64,000 nt of DNA, taken from the NCBI RefSeq assembly GCF_006345805.1, contig NC_043009.1:44516001-44580000 (forward strand), in the 5' to 3' direction. Made by a program: the position numbers and the translations under genes. The notes under the pieces were generated by a model. The model searched no databases, was not told the origin of the DNA, and worked only from the letters and a program-made list of their open reading frames with translations. Each line of letters starts with the position of its first letter. The stretch's first letter is position 1. Positions 13,263 to 24,960 of this stretch are shown here, one piece after another. The stretch is from Octopus sinensis. Lineage: Eukaryota.

Positions 13263-14017
13263 TGAGTTGCTGTAGTCTTTTTAGTTATTGTGGGTAGAGA
13301 GCACTCAGACCAGCTGGTATCTCTCTTCCACGTTTCAGCAGTCTTGACAAATCTCCAGATTTGTCCATCTTCCCGAAGACTGAAGCTTTCCTGTAGAGCT
13401 GAGTTCCTATTCAGGGAAGCCACTACACGTAGCTTCGGACGTACATTGGACGGTAAGCCTGGGCGTGTTCGGAAGGTGGTCCGATTTTCCCGCCCAGCTT
13501 TAACTGAGGCCAGATGGTAAGAGGTTGCCTCAGTGGGGTCCGTAAAAGACAACTTGATGAGCCTAGGTTTTGGGCCAGGTCGTCCAAGGCGGATAGCACC
13601 CGTTGGGGGAACGCAGCCTAGGTCTTTGGCTGAGTTGGCAGCAAAAGCCTGAAGATCAGCCATGTCTTCTGGCACCCCAATGGCAATGACTTCATGGGTG
13701 GCAGAATCCGCGGTCTAAATGCGACAAGAGGTACAGGTACAGGGAGGTTCTTTAGCAGAGCATTCCGATAAGACCCCTCATTGTGGAGTCCAACCTGAAT
13801 GGTTGCTTTTATTCCTGCTACTTCCCCTTTTAAAGCACAGATCGATTGTTGCAGTTCTGCAAGAACCGCACTGGTCAATTGGTGTTGTTGTTGTGTGCTG
13901 CTGTTGCTCTGGTTGTGGTTGATTTTGTTGTTGCTGTTGTTGTTGTTGATGTTGTTGTTGCTGCTGCTCTGGTTGTGGTTGATTTTGTTGTTGCTGCTGC
14001 TCTGGTTGTGGTTGATT

Positions 14018-14052
<35 letters not shown>

Positions 14053-14446
14053 CTGGTTGTGGTTGATTTTGTTGTTGCTGCTGTTGCTGTTCCGCCTCCT
14101 CCACGGGAGTGGCAGGGGGAGACACAATCGTCGGTTGTGGAGGCACGCAGGCCTGACACTGAAAAGTCCAAGATTTAAGCTGAACCATCTTCCAGAGTCT
14201 ATCCATCATAGCATTATGATGGCTCTTTTTTTGGCCTGGGATCTTCTGAAAGTCCGTGGCACATTGGAGGCAGACAGAGATGAGACATGTCCCACATTCG
14301 ACCCAGCGATTACGGAACGTATTTTCGGGTTCCATACAGATGTGGCAGGTGTGATTTTCTGGGCAGTGTTCTATTTTAGAGCAGCGACCAGTCTTATCGC
14401 ACGCCGCTATGGATTTCACCATGGCGATTCTGTTGGTTCTGGTCAT
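13253..14446 (-). pseudogene. LINE ORF1 (~397 aa reconstructed): PHD-like finger, polyQ linker, coiled coil, RRM/CTD-like region; two compensating indels
   Basis: CHIC...ECGTC-x4-CLQC...CQAC; Q-rich repeats; LAELQQSICALKGEVAGIK heptads; EVIAIGVPED and RLGRPGPKPRLIKLSF motifs typical of LINE ORF1. One extra base near 13895 and one missing base near 13709 join the three ORF-track pieces. Confidence 0.8.
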
Positions 14447-15913
14447 CCGTAGAGACAGAAAATGTAAACAACAATACGATAAAAGTAAAATATAAAATAT
14501 TTGTTTTTGATTCGTTCTTTTTTGTGTATATTCCTTGTTCTTAAATATTGCGTGTATATATACACATGTTTCGTTCTTTTTTGTGTATATTCCTTTTTTT
14601 CTTAAATATTGCGTGTGTATACATAAAAGTATTTGTGCGTATAGACACGGAGAAAGTTTGTAAACAGAAATGAAATTTTTGATTTTTTTGCAGTGTAGTC
14701 CGTCACATTAAATAGTGTGATTTATTTTCACTCTGCACGTATATACATGTGTGCTACAAGTATCTATGTATGTATGTATGTCACTGCTTTATAAATTTTG
14801 GACGTACTTACTGTCGTTCAACGATTTCTTTTACCCTCAACTACACGTGGTGAATTCTTCCATTGTAGATCTGTGGTGGTCATCGTCGTAATATTTTCTC
14901 TTTAGTTTCCTCGCCAAATTGATTTGAAGGAATTTATAAACTGTAGGGGTAGACGAAATTTAAACTAAATGGAAACTTAATTTATTTATTAGTGAAATAA
15001 AGGAATTTATTAATGAATAGAATTTTATTTAAAAAGAAAACTATATAAATAAAAATAATATATCAGGATGTGTTTTGAAAGACTATTGGTGCCTTTGTGA
15101 ATTTGTGTAACTCTATATTTATACATGTGTGTATAGGTTACCTCCCTACTTCATAACCATGTGGTCATCGGTTCAGTCTCACTACTAGGCACCTTGAGCA
15201 AGTGTTTCCTATAACCCCAGGCCAACCAAAGCCTTGTGAGTGAATTTGGTAGATGGAAACTGAAAGAAGCCAGTTGTATGTATATCTGTGTGTGTTTGAT
15301 GTAGGCTCCTCTCAATTCCAGGATGTACTTGGTGATTTGCCAAACCCTATACAGAGTGTACTCAGTGCATTTTACTGTGACATCAGAACTACTGAGATTT
15401 AATGTGAGTTGATGCTCAATAGGAAAATTAATTATTTAACAGTTTGTCTCTATCACAATATGAGGGTTAACAATCAATCTATCATGATTAGAAACCATGA
15501 TCAGAAACAAGCAGACATTAGTGGTTGGATAGGAACCATACTAAAACAGACATTAAGATTTGGAGCAGTCTTCTAGCTTGCCATCTTCTGAAAAGTAGAT
15601 GTTAAATAACAGTGATAAAAACAGTTGTTAGTTTGTTCTGTTGCGATATAAAAGGATTGTTAATTGGTCAGTGTTGTGAGTTGTTACTTGTTAGTTGGTC
15701 TCTGATGTGATATAGAAGTGTTAAGAAATTTTTTTTAAAATACAAAGTTTTAAAAACTTATTTGCTTCTAAAAACATTTTTCTTTACTATAAGTGAACAT
15801 CTGCAGTATTAGAGTTGATGGTGATGACGATGATGATAGACTTTGCGATTATATTCAACGAATAAATCTAACATTATCCTGTACCCATCATATATTTAAT
15901 GTGTTTGTTTGTT

Positions 15914-15963
<50 letters not shown>

Positions 15964-16583
15964 CATGTGTGTGTGTTTATAAAACAGCAAATGATAATTA
16001 ATATCTGATATCTGTTAATATCTCACTCAGCATATTGGTATCTTAAATACACACATACACACACTTTCTTAATGATTTAGAATACATATATGCTAACACT
16101 TGCTCATGGATACACACCCAATCAAACACACATATACAGAAGCACACACACACACACAAATTTGCTTGTAGAAAACCAATTAATTTCTACCACTAATGTT
16201 CTTGAGAAAGGCATAACTCTCATACAGTCTCATCCTTCACACCACCTCATATAGATTTTAAGCCTTGCGATTCTGAAAAAGAAAATGGTAAAGTTTCTTT
16301 TAGGAATTCCTTTTTGTTGATCATAAAATTTGTGGGTTTTGTTTCAAATGTATGTATGCCTATAATTTTGTTTTTATATGAATTTTTGGTGGTGATGTTC
16401 ATGATGGTGGTCGGGGGTTTAAAGTGAGGCTTAAAATTCCAAAAACTCCAATATTACCACATTCCTTGAATTACCAGTCTTTAAAAAGTATATAAATAAA
16501 TATTTTTAAAAATATGTAAATAAATATATAAATTAGAAACTGATTTGTGTTGACTGACTGCTTGCCTGAATGTGTATGACTTT

Positions 16584-16630
<47 letters not shown>

Positions 16631-17677
16631 TGATTATACATAGCTGTATATGTGTGTATGTGTGAATATGCTTATATGATCAAGTATATGTGAGTCTATA
16701 CATTTGTGGGTTTGTATAAATGTTACGTTTGTGGGTGTGTGTGCATATATGTATGTATATGTGTGTGTGTTTATATGTATGTATGTATATGTGGGTGGGT
16801 GTACGTATATATAAATAAACATGGGTGGGGGGTGTTCACACAAGTCTGGGCAAACAGACAGCCACCACGCTCATAAATATACACTCACACACACAGGTGT
16901 GGGTGTATATACAAACATAACCACTCATTCACATCATGTATGTTATACATACATACATACATACATACATTCATTCACATACATACACACGCACACACAC
17001 ACACACTCTGACGTACATTCATAGAAGCAGACAATCAGGCAGATATCACTCACACACAAAAAAAAAAAAAAGAATACAAAAAATCTCAAATCGCATTCTC
17101 TCCCCTCTCCCCCTCCTTCAAGTTTATTTTAAAAGAAAATTCTATATCTCTAGCTATTTCCTGAGTGCAACTACATCAAACCTGCTTGAAACATTTTTTT
17201 CCCTGCCCAACCTTTCCAATAGTCATGGCTATCGTTCTCCATGCAGGCAACCACAAACTAAACGACTGTGTGTGTGTGTTTGGGATTAATCACAACTGTT
17301 GTTTGAAAGTGGATACAAGGTAAGCTTTTACACATAAACACACACACACATATATATGTATTATATACACACACACACATATATATATATTATACACACA
17401 CACACACACCTATAGATGGGACATAGATGTGTATAGATCTATGTAGACATGGATGCTTGTGTGTGGGTATGTATATATGTATATATATATATATATAGTG
17501 TTCTGTAAACTATATTAACTAAAGATTGCTTGGAGACAAGGCACATTATATAAATCTGTCTAATCTCAGTGTCTCTATAGAATAAAAAAAATATTAATAG
17601 CTCATATTTTAAATACTGTATACATTAGATTATATAATTATATATATTTTTATATATTATATATGTAATTTCATATA

Positions 17678-17727
<50 letters not shown>

Positions 17728-17728
17728 C

Positions 17729-17758
17729 ATGTCATGAGTTCAGATTTCATACTGGCCA

Positions 17759-17834
<76 letters not shown>

Positions 17835-17864
17835 TGGCCAGTATGAAATCTGAACTCATGACAT
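17729..17864. repeat. Perfect 136-bp palindrome: 32-bp arms around (TA)36
   Basis: ATGTCATGAGTTCAGATTTCATACTGGCCACC-(TA)36-GGTGGCCAGTATGAAATCTGAACTCATGACAT. Confidence 0.9.
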
Positions 17865-20091
17865 TTGTGTTACCAACATAAAACTCAGCTCTTGAGTCAC
17901 ATCTGTAACTTTTCAGATTAAGAGCCCCACAAACACACACACACACATCTGTGTATTACAATATGTGTATCTTAATGTTGTCTTTGTGTATCCCTCCTGG
18001 CATACTAAGAAACTATTTATTTACCATTTACTGTTTCACATAGTGGTGGAGTAGATTTTACTCACAAAACTCTTACCGAGTTGGTTAGATGGTGGATTGT
18101 ACTTTAGTTTTGTTATGTCATTTGTTTTCTGTTTGGATATTTCTGGTATCAACATTTTCATTCTGCTGAGGTCAAATTTCCCTTTCATCCTTCTGGGAAT
18201 CCATAATATAAGCACCAGTTGATCACTGGGATCAATGTAATTGGCTAGCCACCTCCCTAAATATTTCCAGCTTTGTGCCTATAGAAAAGATTATTATCCA
18301 GGTAAAATGCCAAAATTCTTAGTAGTATTTAGTCTGTCTCTATGTTCTGAGTTCAAATTTCACCGGGGTCAACTTTGCCCTTCATCCTTTCGGGGTTGAT
18401 AAAAGAAGTACCAGTGAAACACTGGGGGGTCAATGTAATCAACTACTCCCCTCCCCCAAAATTTGAGGCCTTGTGCCTATAGTAGAAAAGATTATTATTA
18501 TTATTATTATTAGTTCAAATCCTCCTGAAGTCAGCTTGGTTTTTTTATTCTTTTAGGGTTAATAAAATAAAGTACTGGGGATGATGGAATTGATATATGC
18601 CCCTTCCCACCAAATTACTGAAATTTATTATTATTATTGTTGTTGTTGTTGTTTCTACAATTGGCATAAGGCCTGAAATTTGGGACAACGTAGATAGTTG
18701 ATTATATCAACCCTAGTCTTTGATTGGTACTAAGTTGACCTCAGGAGATTTGAACTCAGAATGTAGCGATCCAGAAGAAATACCACAAAGCATTTTTACA
18801 TTGATGCACTAACTGTCCTATGAGGTCACCACCTTCATCATTATCATCATAAAATGGACATTAAATGATGATGATGATGATGATTTGGACAGTTAGTACA
18901 TCAGGGTAAAAATGCTTTGTGGTATTTCTTCTGGCTCCTTGCATTCTGAGTTCAAATCTCCTAGGTCAACTTTGCCTTTCATCCACCTAAAATCAATAAA
19001 TAAGTACCACTCAAAGACTAAGGGCGATATAATCAACTACCCACCTGGCCCCAAATTTCAGGCCTTATGCTTATTGTAGAAACAATTATTATTATCGTTA
19101 TTATTATTGTTGTTGTTAATAACGATCGGATATTAACATTTTCTCACTTCTTCCCTCTCCTGTTCCTCTCCCTTCTACTCCTGATCTATTTACTTTCTAT
19201 TTTTAGATCTTCATTATTTACAAATATTTCAGCTACACCAACAAGCCAATGGGGGAACTGCTACATGTCACTTGACGTGCTAGAAATAACAGCAACATCT
19301 CCTTCAAAATGTTCTATAATCTTTAGAACAAAATTACATAATGTACTTCTGTATACACTGGGTCTGTAAAAAAAAAAATGATTGAAGGGTCACAGCTGGA
19401 ATACCTGTTTCTGTGTGTTTGTTGACTTGAGGTTGAATAAGAACATATTATAATCCAAACCTACCAGTCTCCTCCTCCTCTTCATAGACATCATCATTAA
19501 TTTTTTTACGGTCTGATTTGTTGTTTTTGGTTTTCTTCACCTCTTTGTTTTGGTCTGTCATCTTTCTTATGAGACCCAAAGTAAAAAAAAAAATGTGATC
19601 TCAATACTTTACATGGCCTCTCAGCACACACACACACACACATACACACACACGAATTTGTCTGTTTTCCCTAAATTGTCTTCTGATGATTTCCTTAAAC
19701 TCAGTAAATGACTGATACTTATTTTACTATCCACCTGCCCTCATCACCCCTAAAATACAAGATGACAGGCAAAGTTGATTTCAAATGTTTTTTTTTTCCT
19801 ATTTTATTAAATTGATATAAGGCACGACTACAATTCCAGTGTTTTATAGATTTTGTCAAATTCACTGCCCCTTGCTTTTTCATAATAATAATTCTTTCTA
19901 CTATAGGCACAAAGCCTGAAATTTCGGGGTATGGGAAGTCTTTTACATCACCCACCCCTCCAGCACTCAACTTGTACTTTCTTTATCAACCCTGAAAGAC
20001 CAAGTTCACCTTGACAGAATTTGAACTCAGACTGTCAAGATGAATGAAATACCACTAAGCATTTTGTCCAGTGTGCTAATGATTCTACTAT

Positions 20092-21118
20092 TCATTTATT
20101 TGCCACAAGGGTGAAGGATGAAGGGGACAGTACAGAGACAGACATAAAGTGTTGGGGGTTTACATATAGTAATGAATTGATAAAAATATAAATAAAGTAT
20201 ACACGGTATACACTTGAAAAGAAAGGACATATGCATAGCATACAAAGGTAAAAAAAAAAGGGTGAGGGAGGATGCTAGAGATGTGGCCCTCCTGATACAG
20301 GAATGCCTCTAGGGATAACCAAGGAACCCCACTGTCTGAGATTTCCCTGAAAACCTAGTGCCCTTGCCAATTCCATCTCTCTGACTCACAGGTCTACACT
20401 TAGAGAGGTACCATCCACTCTTACAATTTTTGCAACTTTCACCCACCTTTCAATAAACTCACTCGAGGACAGCACTTCCCTCTCCACTCTCAATTTCCTT
20501 TTTCAAGTGAAACTTGAAGTCAATGAGATCTCTACCAAAGAAGAATATCTGTCCTCATGCCTTTCAGCCATGTCCACCGAACAGCCTCTTTCGCCACAGC
20601 CACCAGGCAAAGGAAAACTGCCTTGCCTGCCCGATTGAAGGAGGGTGGCAGTGCAACCATCACTACAGACTCAGCCGATAGATGGATCTGTCCCACATGC
20701 GAGAGCAGCTGTTCAACATAACCCCACAAGAAATAATACATTTTTAAATCTCTCAGAGAAATTTATGCAGTAGCAGCACGATAAAGTGATAGTATGCTGT
20801 CAACTTAATGTGACAGTCGAAATAACAGTAGCATTCTTCCCTTTCATGGGACTGTCACATTAAGTTGACAACATACTATAACCCCACAAGTTGACAATGC
20901 CCAGTCACTGAACAAGGGCATGCAGAATGGTATTGTCACTCTGTGCGCCCCTTGGACAAGTCCGTCTGATAGCACATCTGTGCCTGTAGAGTTTATCTCA
21001 AACTGGTAGCACTCCCACCCCAGTAGTACTGCCAGGCTAAGGACATCTGGAAATTATCCATGATAGTTTCCGACTAGAAAGTCCTCCGGAACAGACTAGC
21101 CAGTTCGTTCTCATCGGT
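20092..21118 (-). mobile_element. L1/Tx1-clade LINE 3' remnant (zf-RVT-like C-terminus and 3' UTR)
   Basis: Broken frames give LASLFRRTF...MDNFQMSLAWQ...WGYVEQLLSHVGQ...FLCLVAVAKEAVRWTWLKG...FHLKRKLRVEREVLS. The 3' UTR ends GTGGCAAATAAA. Confidence 0.6.
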
Positions 21119-21123
21119 GCCCA

Positions 21124-21830
21124 ATAATCCTTTCTACTATAGGCACAAGGCCTGAAATTTGAGGGGAGGGGGCTAGTCAGTTACATCGATTCCAGAGTTT
21201 AAATACATGGAAGACCAAGTCAGCCTCGGCAGAATTTGAACTCAAGATGTAAAGACAGATGTAAAGCAACTAAACATTTTGTGCTAATGATTCTGCCAGC
21301 TCACCATCCTTATAATAATAATAATAAGAAGAAGAAGAATCCTTTCTACTATAGGCACAAGGCTTGAAATTTGGTGGGAGGGGACTATTTGATTACATCG
21401 ACCCCAGTGTTTCACTGGTATCTAGTTTATTGACCCCAAAAATATAATAATTCTTTCTACCATAGGTACAAGGTCTGAAATTTGTGGGGAGAAGGTAAGT
21501 CGATCTCATTGCCCCCAGTACTTGACTGGTACTTAATTTATCGACTGCGAAAGGATGAATGGTAAAGTCGACCTTGGTGGAATTTAAACTCAGAATGTAA
21601 AGATGGGCAAAATACTGCTAAGTATTTTGCCCAGTGTGCTAATGATTCTGCCACCTCACTGCCTTTAACCCTAATAATAATAATTCTTTCTACTGAAGGT
21701 ACAAGGCCAGAAATTGGGTGGGGGGACTAGTCAATTACATCGACCCCGGTGTTTCACTGGTACTTAATTTATCGAACGCTAAGCATTTCATCCAGCATGC
21801 TAATGATTCTACCAGCTTGCTGCCTTTAAA
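21124..21830 (-). mobile_element. Head-to-tail array of ~4 SINE A-type copies separated by (TAA)n
   Basis: Repeated TTTCTACTATAGGCACAAGG...GAAATTT ends and CTGCCAGCTC heads, all in one orientation. Similar clusters lie at ~18150-18520 and ~48930-49620. Confidence 0.7.
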
Positions 21831-24738
21831 TAATAATGATAATGATGATTATGGGTTTTTTTTAACAATAACACTCTTACAAATTTTAAGGGTACAGTGG
21901 ATTAAATTGACCATAGTATTTAGTCATGTATAGGTTAGACTTTTTTTTAGATGAATTTTTAAATTTATAATTAGGGGTTGGGATATGATTTTTGGATAAA
22001 TAAAAATTCAGGGCCTAGGCAATACCTGGTGACTTGGGGTGTTTTTAATTCTGTAATTACAAGGGTAAAAGTTTAGCTCAAAAAGTTGACCTATATATCA
22101 CAATTGCCATTATCCCCTCCTCTGAAATTAGTGGCCTTATGCCTTTGTCAGAATCAATAGGACATCTGAATGTCTTGTTATATATATTTTGATTCTTTAC
22201 TTTCTGAGTTCAAATTCTGCTGAGGTCAGTTTTACCTTTCATCTTTTCAGGGCTGATAAAGTACCAATCAAAAATGTTGGTGCTGATAGTATCAACTAGC
22301 TTTTGCTTCCAAATTTCAGGCCTTATGATTTGAAAAGGGTAAAGATCCCACTTTGGTCATGAATGACCATAGGATTGCACCTAGGAAATTTCCCTCTAAG
22401 GCACAAATCTGGGCAAAGCTGTTCATGGAAGACCAGCAGTCACTCATGCATACCAGCCTGCCCTCTCCATGCTGCCAATGTTATCCATGGGAAAGGCAAA
22501 TGCCAATACAGCTTGGCACCAATGACATAGCATCTCATTTCTACAGCTGAATGAACTGGAGCAACATAAAATAAAGTGTTTTGCTCAAGAACACAACAAC
22601 CAACCTGGTCCGGGAATTGAACTCGCTGCCTCATGATTGTGAACCCAACACTCTAATCAATGAGTCATGTGACCAGAGGTAGTGGGTGGATCAGCAGAAT
22701 TGATAGAGCATTGGATGAAATTCCTTCAACATTTCTTCCATTTTTGTATGTTCCAAGTTTAGAATCTTGCTGTGGTCAACTTCGCCTTTTATTCTCCTGG
22801 GGTGGGGGAGGGAGAGGGTCGATACGATAAATTACCAGTCAAGTACTGGGGGTCAATGGTATCGACTAACCCACTTCTCCTCCAAATATTGCTGGCCTTG
22901 TGCTTAAATCAGAAAGTGTTCTTGTTCAAGCAGATTTTTGATGCAAACATTTTGGATACAGTTCGGGTTTTTTATTTTAATTAAACTCCTGTATCTGGTT
23001 TCAATAGAAGTGAGTGCATGTGTTAATGAGAAGAGGAACCTAATCTAAAAAAAAAGAGATCTTAATATATCTATTTCTTCTAATTATCCTCAGCTTGCTT
23101 TTCACTATTGCTTTTGTTTAGCATTTAGTATTTCACTTCCACCCTCCTCCACAACCAACACCCATTTACTTCTAAACGAGTATTTTCTCATTTAGTTGCA
23201 AATGTATGTTGGTGTTTATTTCATTTTATTTTTTTTTGTTTTTTAGCTTTCATATCAATATACAAGTGACCCTCCCCCATCCCCTACTACCATTGCTCTC
23301 CTTGTCTCACTTTCTATTCTATTTAGCACTATACTATATTATTAGGGCAATGTCCTCGTAACCGTTATGTACTTGTTACTTTTTAGTTTATTTGTTTACA
23401 TTGTAAAGTACACCCTGGTCTCAGACAGCATATGTGTTTAAATGTATCTGTCTGTAAGCCAATGAAGGAGCCTCTATGGGTGAGACTTTCTTTCTGATAG
23501 AAACAACAGCAAAACATCCCTCAAGTTACACCATAGTATCTTAAAATACGAGTGCACATTAGAAGATGTAGCCCAAGATACCTGTTATTGTAAAAAGACA
23601 TTAATAATCACAGGTGGAATGGCAATGTTTATAAAGGTCTGTTTGATTAAGGTTGTCTTGGGTTTAAACAATAAATGTATAAATGTATCTGCTTTACTTT
23701 AACCGAGAAGGTTCAAGCCCCTAGAGGATGTTCAAATGGGATGGAGAAGAAATTGAAATAGTAAATATTATAAATGATCAATAGCTATTAATTAGCTGTT
23801 GAGTTCTAAAACACCTTAACCCTTTAGCAGTCAAACTGGCTGTATATGGCCCAAATATTCATGTTTATGTTGAAACCACCCAGATCCAGCCTATCACACT
23901 TACCCTTCAATGTCATTGTAAAAATATACAAATTATCATCAAAATTTCAAAGCTACAAAATAATGCATGATTAATTCAAGACAATGTGAATTAAAAAGTG
24001 TTGCATTTGATCTAGCAGTTCTGGTGGCCATAGCAGAAGGTCCTTGTTATGACAGCGATATGTATATGAGTGCTTTTATACACTGCATGACCATGTGAGA
24101 GGTCCTCTCAAGGTAAACAACATAGTATTCTGTGTTTTTACATTACATCCATGCTGTACTGGAGATAAAAGTTGCCAAGAGGTGATTGTTTTGTGTAGGG
24201 TTTTGCTGGTACCGTTTCTTTAAATTGATAGTAACTCTTTCTTTCTTTCTTTTTTTAAATACATCTACAAGAATAGGATGAAAGTACATCTCCTTGTTAG
24301 GATTTTTCAGACTGGAAAATAAAATTAACTTGAAAGAAGTTAGTACTGCTAATGTTTTGTGTGAAATGTTGCAGATTAAAGGTTGAAGGAAATGAAAGAG
24401 AGAGAGAGAGAGAGGGAGGGAGGGGTGCCCTGGGAGAGATGGATTAGGTAAAGTTTGAACTGCTGACCTTTGTTGAATAGTCTAGTGTTTTAACCTCTCT
24501 TGTCACTTCCTTTGTATTTAATACTACACTTATAATGATGTCTTGCTACAATTATTAACCTTTTGTGTTTGCTCCTACAAGAGATTTTAATCTCTATATT
24601 GTTCTATCTTCATGTATACACACACACACACACACACAAAGCAGAAATTTGATATTTCTTTTATTTCACATCTGTTAATGCACATTTCTGTAACATACAT
24701 TCAATGATGACAAATTATAATGCCCTATACTAATTGCA

Positions 24739-24960
24739 TACAAGGGGTGCCGAAAAGTTCCTGGCTTTGAGTAAAAGAAAATGCAGGAGGGTCTCAGTTA
24801 ATTATGATTTTATTCAACCGATTCCCCTCTCAGATTCACACGCTTATTGCACTGGCCTTTTTGTTTTTCTAAGCCCTGTAAAAGAAACTCGGAAGGTTGG
24901 GCTGCCAACCAGGCCTTTCTTGATTCCCTTAAAGCCAAGAACTTTACAATACCGCCACCC
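24739..24960. mobile_element. Mariner-type MITE remnant
   Basis: TA then CAAGGGGTGCCGAAAAGTTCCTGGCTTT; the inverted partner AAAGCCAAGAACTTT lies at 24931-24945 and the outer part is degenerate. Confidence 0.5.

Larger units (their letters stand above)
10365..15094 (-). mobile_element. Apparently full-length CR1-clade non-LTR retrotransposon (~4.7 kb)
   Basis: ORF1 and EN-RT ORF2, short 3' UTR with stem-loop, (ATT)6 tail at 10365-10384. TTGTGAATT occurs at 10356-10364 (abutting the tail) and 15095-15103 as a candidate TSD. The 5' boundary depends on that TSD. Confidence 0.9.

Noticed and set aside
13719-14452. Plus-strand ORFs of 217, 110 and 67 aa opposite LINE ORF1
   Set aside because: Antisense shadows of the CAA/CAG repeat (poly-L/V/A); no independent evidence.
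21078-21098. AAGTCCTCCGGAAC resembling Gab exon 1 KSPPE
   Set aside because: It reads KSSGT, has no GWL or donor, and lies inside the L1/Tx1 remnant.
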